Of a stretch of DNA of 64,000 bases, positions 59,947 through 64,000 are shown piece after piece. The notes under the pieces were generated by a model. That model did not search any database. It was not told where the DNA came from and saw only the letters and a list, made by a program, of their open reading frames with translations. The position numbers and the translations under genes were made by a program. Origin of the DNA: Deltaproteobacteria bacterium (GTDB lineage Bacteria; Desulfobacterota; Deferrimicrobia; Deferrimicrobiales; Deferrimicrobiaceae). Position 1 is the stretch's first letter. The number at the start of each line of letters is the position of its first letter. The stretch lies in contig JACRCO010000037.1 of assembly GCA_016218975.1 (NCBI GenBank), forward strand, positions 203,757 through 267,756, in the 5' to 3' direction.

Positions 59947-61434
59947 CTACCCTTCCTTCCGCAGCTGGGGGAACAGGATCACGTCCCGTATGGACGGGGA
60001 ATCGGTGAAAAGCATGACCAGCCGGTCGATCCCGATCCCTTCCCCCGCCGCGGGCGGCATGCCGTGCTCAAGCGCGCGAAGGAAATCCTCGTCCATCGCG
60101 TGCGCCTCTTCGTCCCCCCCTTCACGCTGCCTCAACTGCTCCTCGAACCGTTTACGCTGGTCCAGGGGATCGTTAAGCTCGGAGAAGGCGTTGGCGATCT
60201 CGCGGCCGAGGACGATCAGCTCGAAGCGGTCCACGATCGACGGCCGCCGGTCGTTCTTCCTGGACAGGGGGGATACCTCGACCGGATATTCCGTCACGAA
60301 GGCGGGCCCGCGGATCTTCCGTTCCGCCACTTCCTCGAAGATCCCGATCAGCAGCTTTCCCGGTCCCCAGTCGCCCTTGACGGCCAGGCCCAGCGAGCGC
60401 GCCATCTCCCGGAGGAACTCCTCGTCGGAAAGCCGTTCCTCCGGCACGTTGCCGTACCGTGCGACCGCCGCGGCCACCGTCAGGCGTTCCCACGGCGGCG
60501 TGAAATCGAGCGTCTCCCCCTGGTATGTCACGGATGCTGTCCCGAAAAGCGATACGGCGAGGCCGGAGACCAGTTCCTCGGTAAGCCGCATCAGGTCCTC
60601 GTAGTCGGCGTAGGCCTGGTAGAACTCGACCATCGTGAACTCCGGGTTGTGCTGCGTCGAGATTCCCTCGTTCCGGAAATTACGGTTGATCTCGAAGACG
60701 CGCTCGAACCCGCCGACAAGCAGCCGCTTGAGATACAGCTCCGGCGCGATCCTCAGGTAAAGGTCCATGTCAAGCGCGTTGTGCCGCGTGATGAACGGTT
60801 TCGCGGCCGCGCCCCCGGCGACCGGCTGCATCATCGGAGTCTCCACCTCGAGGAAATCCCTCGCTGCCAGGAAGGAGCGGACGTAGGCGATTATCCCGGC
60901 CCTCCTGCGGAAAACCTCCTTGACCTTCGCGTTTACGATCAGGTCCACGTACCTCTGGCGGTACCTCGTCTCCACGTCCACGAGCCCGTGCCACTTCTCC
61001 GGCAGCGGTCTTATCGCCTTGGAGAGAAGGCGGAAACCGGACGCCTCTATCGTGAGCTCGCCGGTCTTCGTGATGAAAAGCGTCCCATCGCACCACGCGA
61101 TGTCCCCGACATCGACGGTATTACGGAAATGGCCGTAGGCTTCCTCTCCCAGCTTGTCCTTCCGCAGGTAGGCCTGAAGGTTACCTGTGCGGTCCGCGAT
61201 CGAGATGAACGCGGCCTTGCCGAAATTGCGCGACGCGAGGACCCTGCCTGCAATGTCCACGCGGATCCCTTTCTCCGCAAGCGCCTCGACGCTCAACCCC
61301 TCCGCGGCGGCCCGGGCGGCGGCGGCGGTCCAGCCGACCTTCTGGTCGTTCGGATAGGGGTTTCCTCCGGCCGCGCGGATCTCCTCCCCCTTGCGTATCC
61401 GGTCGCGGACCAGTTCGTTCCACTCCTCTTTCAC
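59947..61434 (-). CDS. lysS: Lysine-tRNA ligase (class II)
   Basis: [48 protein letters not shown]. Confidence 0.97.
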   Translation of the reverse strand: MKEEWNELVRDRIRKGEEIRAAGGNPYPNDQKVGWTAAAARAAAEGLSVEALAEKGIRVDIAGRVLASRNFGKAAFISIADRTGNLQAYLRKDKLGEEAYGHFRNTVDVGDIAWCDGTLFITKTGELTIEASGFRLLSKAIRPLPEKWHGLVDVETRYRQRYVDLIVNAKVKEVFRRRAGIIAYVRSFLAARDFLEVETPMMQPVAGGAAAKPFITRHNALDMDLYLRIAPELYLKRLLVGGFERVFEINRNFRNEGISTQHNPEFTMVEFYQAYADYEDLMRLTEELVSGLAVSLFGTASVTYQGETLDFTPPWERLTVAAAVARYGNVPEERLSDEEFLREMARSLGLAVKGDWGPGKLLIGIFEEVAERKIRGPAFVTEYPVEVSPLSRKNDRRPSIVDRFELIVLGREIANAFSELNDPLDQRKRFEEQLRQREGGDEEAHAMDEDFLRALEHGMPPAAGEGIGIDRLVMLFTDSPSIRDVILFPQLRKEG

Positions 61435-62562
61435 GCCCCCCCCCTTTTAGCGCTTGCCTCTTCCTGCCCCCCGGCAAGCAGGAACCGCCTTATGAATTCC
61501 TTCAGGTCCCCGTCGAGCACGGCGTCCACGTTTCCCGCCTCGTAACCGGTCCTGTGGTCCTTGACGAGCCGGTACGGGGCGAGGACGTACGAGCGGATCT
61601 GCGATCCCCAGGCGATGTCCTTCTTCGCCTTGTGCGCTTCCGTCGCCTTCTCGGCTCGCTGCCTCATCTCCAGCTCGTACAGCTTGGAGCGCAGGATCTT
61701 CATCGCCATCGCCTTGTTCTTGTGCTGCGACCGCTCCTGCTGGCACAGGACGGTGATCCCGGTAGGCATGTGGCTGATACGGACGGCGGACTCCACCTTG
61801 TTCACGTGCTGGCCCCCCGCGCCTCCCGACCGAAGCGTGTCTATCTTCAGGTCCGTCTCGTTTATCAGGATCTCGACGTTGTCGTCGACCTCGGGGGAGA
61901 CGAAGACCGATGCGAAGGAGGTATGCCTGCGCTTGTTGGCGTCGAACGGGGAGATCCGCACGAGCCGGTGGACGCCCATTTCGGCCTTCATGTATCCGTA
62001 CGGGTGATCGCCGGAGAAGAGGATCGTGGCGCTCTTTATCCCCGCCTCCTCGCCTTCCTGCCTCTCGAGGATCTCCACCTCGAACCCCGTCCGGTCGGCG
62101 TAGCGCATGTACATCCGCAGGAGCATCTCCGCCCAATCCTGGGACTCCGTGCCCCCGGCCCCCGCGTGAATCGTCAGGATGGCGTTCCTCTCGTCGTCGT
62201 CCCCGGAAAGCATCCGGTCCAGCTCGATCTCGTCGAGGGCGCGCTCCATCTTTTCAGCGTGCTGATCGATCTCGGGCGAAAGGGACTCGTCCCCGGACTC
62301 GTCGTACAGGTCGATGAATGCGCGCAGGTCCCCGACGGACTTCTCCAGCGCGGACCACCTAGAAAGGAAGTTCTCGAGCGACTTCCGTTCCTTCAGTATC
62401 GGCTCGGCGCTTTCCGGGGAACCCCAGAACCCTTCACGCGACACGGCGGTCTCCAGCTCCGCCAGCCTGTTTTTCTTATTGTCTACTTCAAAGATAGCCC
62501 CGAAGCGCGCTGCAGCGCGATTCAAGCACGGCGAACTTTTCTTCCAGCAGTCCTGACCCCAT
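61431..62562 (-). CDS. prfB: Peptide chain release factor 2 with programmed +1 frameshift
   Basis: ATG 62562 [24 protein letters not shown], then CTT-TGA-A (62493-62487); +1 frame continues EVDNKK... with SPF and GGQ motifs; about 376 aa in total. Confidence 0.95.
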
Positions 62563-64000
62563 CGACGCCTCTCAAAAGGATACACAGAATGAAAAAAGTT
62601 ATTATAGTACAGCAAATTGCGAAGATTTCACCTGTTTTCGCGTATATCGTGTCCCCTTTCCCCGGGAAGATCTCTCCGACCAGCACTTCCGAGCGGAACA
62701 GGCCAAGGGTCGCCACAGCTTCCCCGCGGGCGTCGATCAGCGCGCTGATCCCCGAATTGGCGGCGCGGACCATCGGCCTGCGGAACTCCACCGCCCGCAT
62801 GCGCGCCATCGCAAGGTGCTGCCGAGGCGCCACCGTGTCCCCGAACCAGGCGTCGTTCGTCACGTTTACGAGCCATCGCGCCCCCGCGAGCACGCTTTCC
62901 CGTATGATCCCCGGGAAGACGGCTTCGTAGCACACGGAAGCGCCCGCCGGCCCGCCTTCGACGTTGAAAAGGGCGGGGCCCGTGCCCGCGGAGAAATCCT
63001 CTCCCCCTTCCGTCATCTTGCGCACGAAGAAAAACACCTGTTTCAGCGGGATATATTCACCGAAGGGTACCAGGTGACGCTTGTCGTATCTGCCTTCCAG
63101 GACTCCCTGCCGGTCGAGGAGGAACACGCTGTTGTAATATTTCCCTCCTTCGGAAGGATTGAACCAGGGGGCGCCGAAGATCAACGGAACGCCGTTCTCC
63201 GAAGCCGACCTTTCGACTTCGCGGCTCATCTCTACCTCCCACCAGTAGAAGAAGGGGGCGGCGGTCTCCGGCCACACCGTGATCCGGGCGCCTTTCGAAG
63301 CCGCCTCGCGCGTCAGCCGCCCGTAGATTTCCAACGTTTTGTTTTGGTAGGCGGTCTCCCACTTTACCGACTGGTCGATGCCCCCCTGCGCGATCGCGAT
63401 GCGCAGGCCCGGGCCGTCGGGGCGCCTGCTCCACTCCGAGATGCGCCAGGATCCATACGCAAGGAAAAATACCAGGACGGCGATCGCGCCGGCCGCGTGC
63501 ATCGCCGCGCGGCGCCTCTCCCCCGCGGATAATATCTCTCCGGCCCGAAACAGGCATACGTTGGCAAGCGTCAGCAGGAATCCCAGTCCGAATACGCCTG
63601 CAAGGTCGGCCGCCTGCATCAGGACCGCGCTTTGCGTCAGGCTGTATCCGAACAGCATCCAGGGGCTTCCCGTGAAGAGGACCGACCGCGCGTATTCCAG
63701 GCCGGTCCAGGCGCAGGGGAACGCGAACAAGCCGGCGCTTCCGAATCTCTTGCCCAGGCGGAAGACGATGAATCCGGCGGCGGAAAAATAGCTCCCCATG
63801 TAGGCGGCGACCAGCAAAGCCGCCAGGCACCCGGCGGGCCATCCGATCCTTCCGGGGACGGCTACCGTGTATGCGATCCAGTAGAACAGCAGGAGGTTCG
63901 TACCGATGCCCGCGAGAAACCCCCGCCACGCCGCATTCCGGGAATCCCGCGCCGACTTCATCAACGTAAAGAACGGAAGCCAGCAGACGAACGGAAGCAG
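62522..64000 (-). CDS. lnt: Apolipoprotein N-acyltransferase, 5' end beyond the window
   Basis: [41 protein letters not shown]; frame open to 64000. Confidence 0.95.
   Translation of the reverse strand: MLPFVCWLPFFTLMKSARDSRNAAWRGFLAGIGTNLLLFYWIAYTVAVPGRIGWPAGCLAALLVAAYMGSYFSAAGFIVFRLGKRFGSAGLFAFPCAWTGLEYARSVLFTGSPWMLFGYSLTQSAVLMQAADLAGVFGLGFLLTLANVCLFRAGEILSAGERRRAAMHAAGAIAVLVFFLAYGSWRISEWSRRPDGPGLRIAIAQGGIDQSVKWETAYQNKTLEIYGRLTREAASKGARITVWPETAAPFFYWWEVEMSREVERSASENGVPLIFGAPWFNPSEGGKYYNSVFLLDRQGVLEGRYDKRHLVPFGEYIPLKQVFFFVRKMTEGGEDFSAGTGPALFNVEGGPAGASVCYEAVFPGIIRESVLAGARWLVNVTNDAWFGDTVAPRQHLAMARMRAVEFRRPMVRAANSGISALIDARGEAVATLGLFRSEVLVGEIFPGKGDTIYAKTGEIFAICCTIITFFILCILLRGVDGVRTAGRKVRRA

Noticed and set aside
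61431-62615. prfB as a single 394-aa ORF or as a pseudogene
   Set aside because: The CTT-TGA slippery site and upstream 24-codon ORF match the known programmed frameshift.

Overview
GC-rich window from a Gram-negative bacterium; the gene content looks deltaproteobacterial, but that taxonomy is inference. Most genes are on the minus strand. From left to right: (1) a polysaccharide export locus (partial Wzz/GumC co-polymerase, outer-membrane beta-barrel, short OPX) behind a sigma54 activator and a hybrid kinase with an Asp->Glu receiver; (2) tRNA-Met; (3) a sigma54-type liv ABC / acyl-CoA ligase operon interrupted by a hicAB cassette; (4) a HAF-repeat PEP-CTERM-type surface protein; (5) a CbrX/CbrA/CbrB-like sensor triad; (6) a USP pseudogene, two small Fn3-like exported proteins, cyclophilin, TolC-MacAB, purMN and rpmB; (7) a ~26 kb, 26-gene envelope/translation run from lnt and frameshifted prfB to rel and ridA. 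The most unusual signal is an intergenic repeat family (core AAACRGGGACGTTCYT). It occurs as two oppositely oriented loci with the same X-Y-[cargo]-Y' layout, one carrying hicAB and one empty. Other notable signals: a tRNA trailer with a perfect 15-nt antisense copy of its own T-arm, a probable AUC start for tolC, and several sigma54 promoters with candidate enhancer and IHF sites. All family calls come from motif recognition by eye; no database searches were run.
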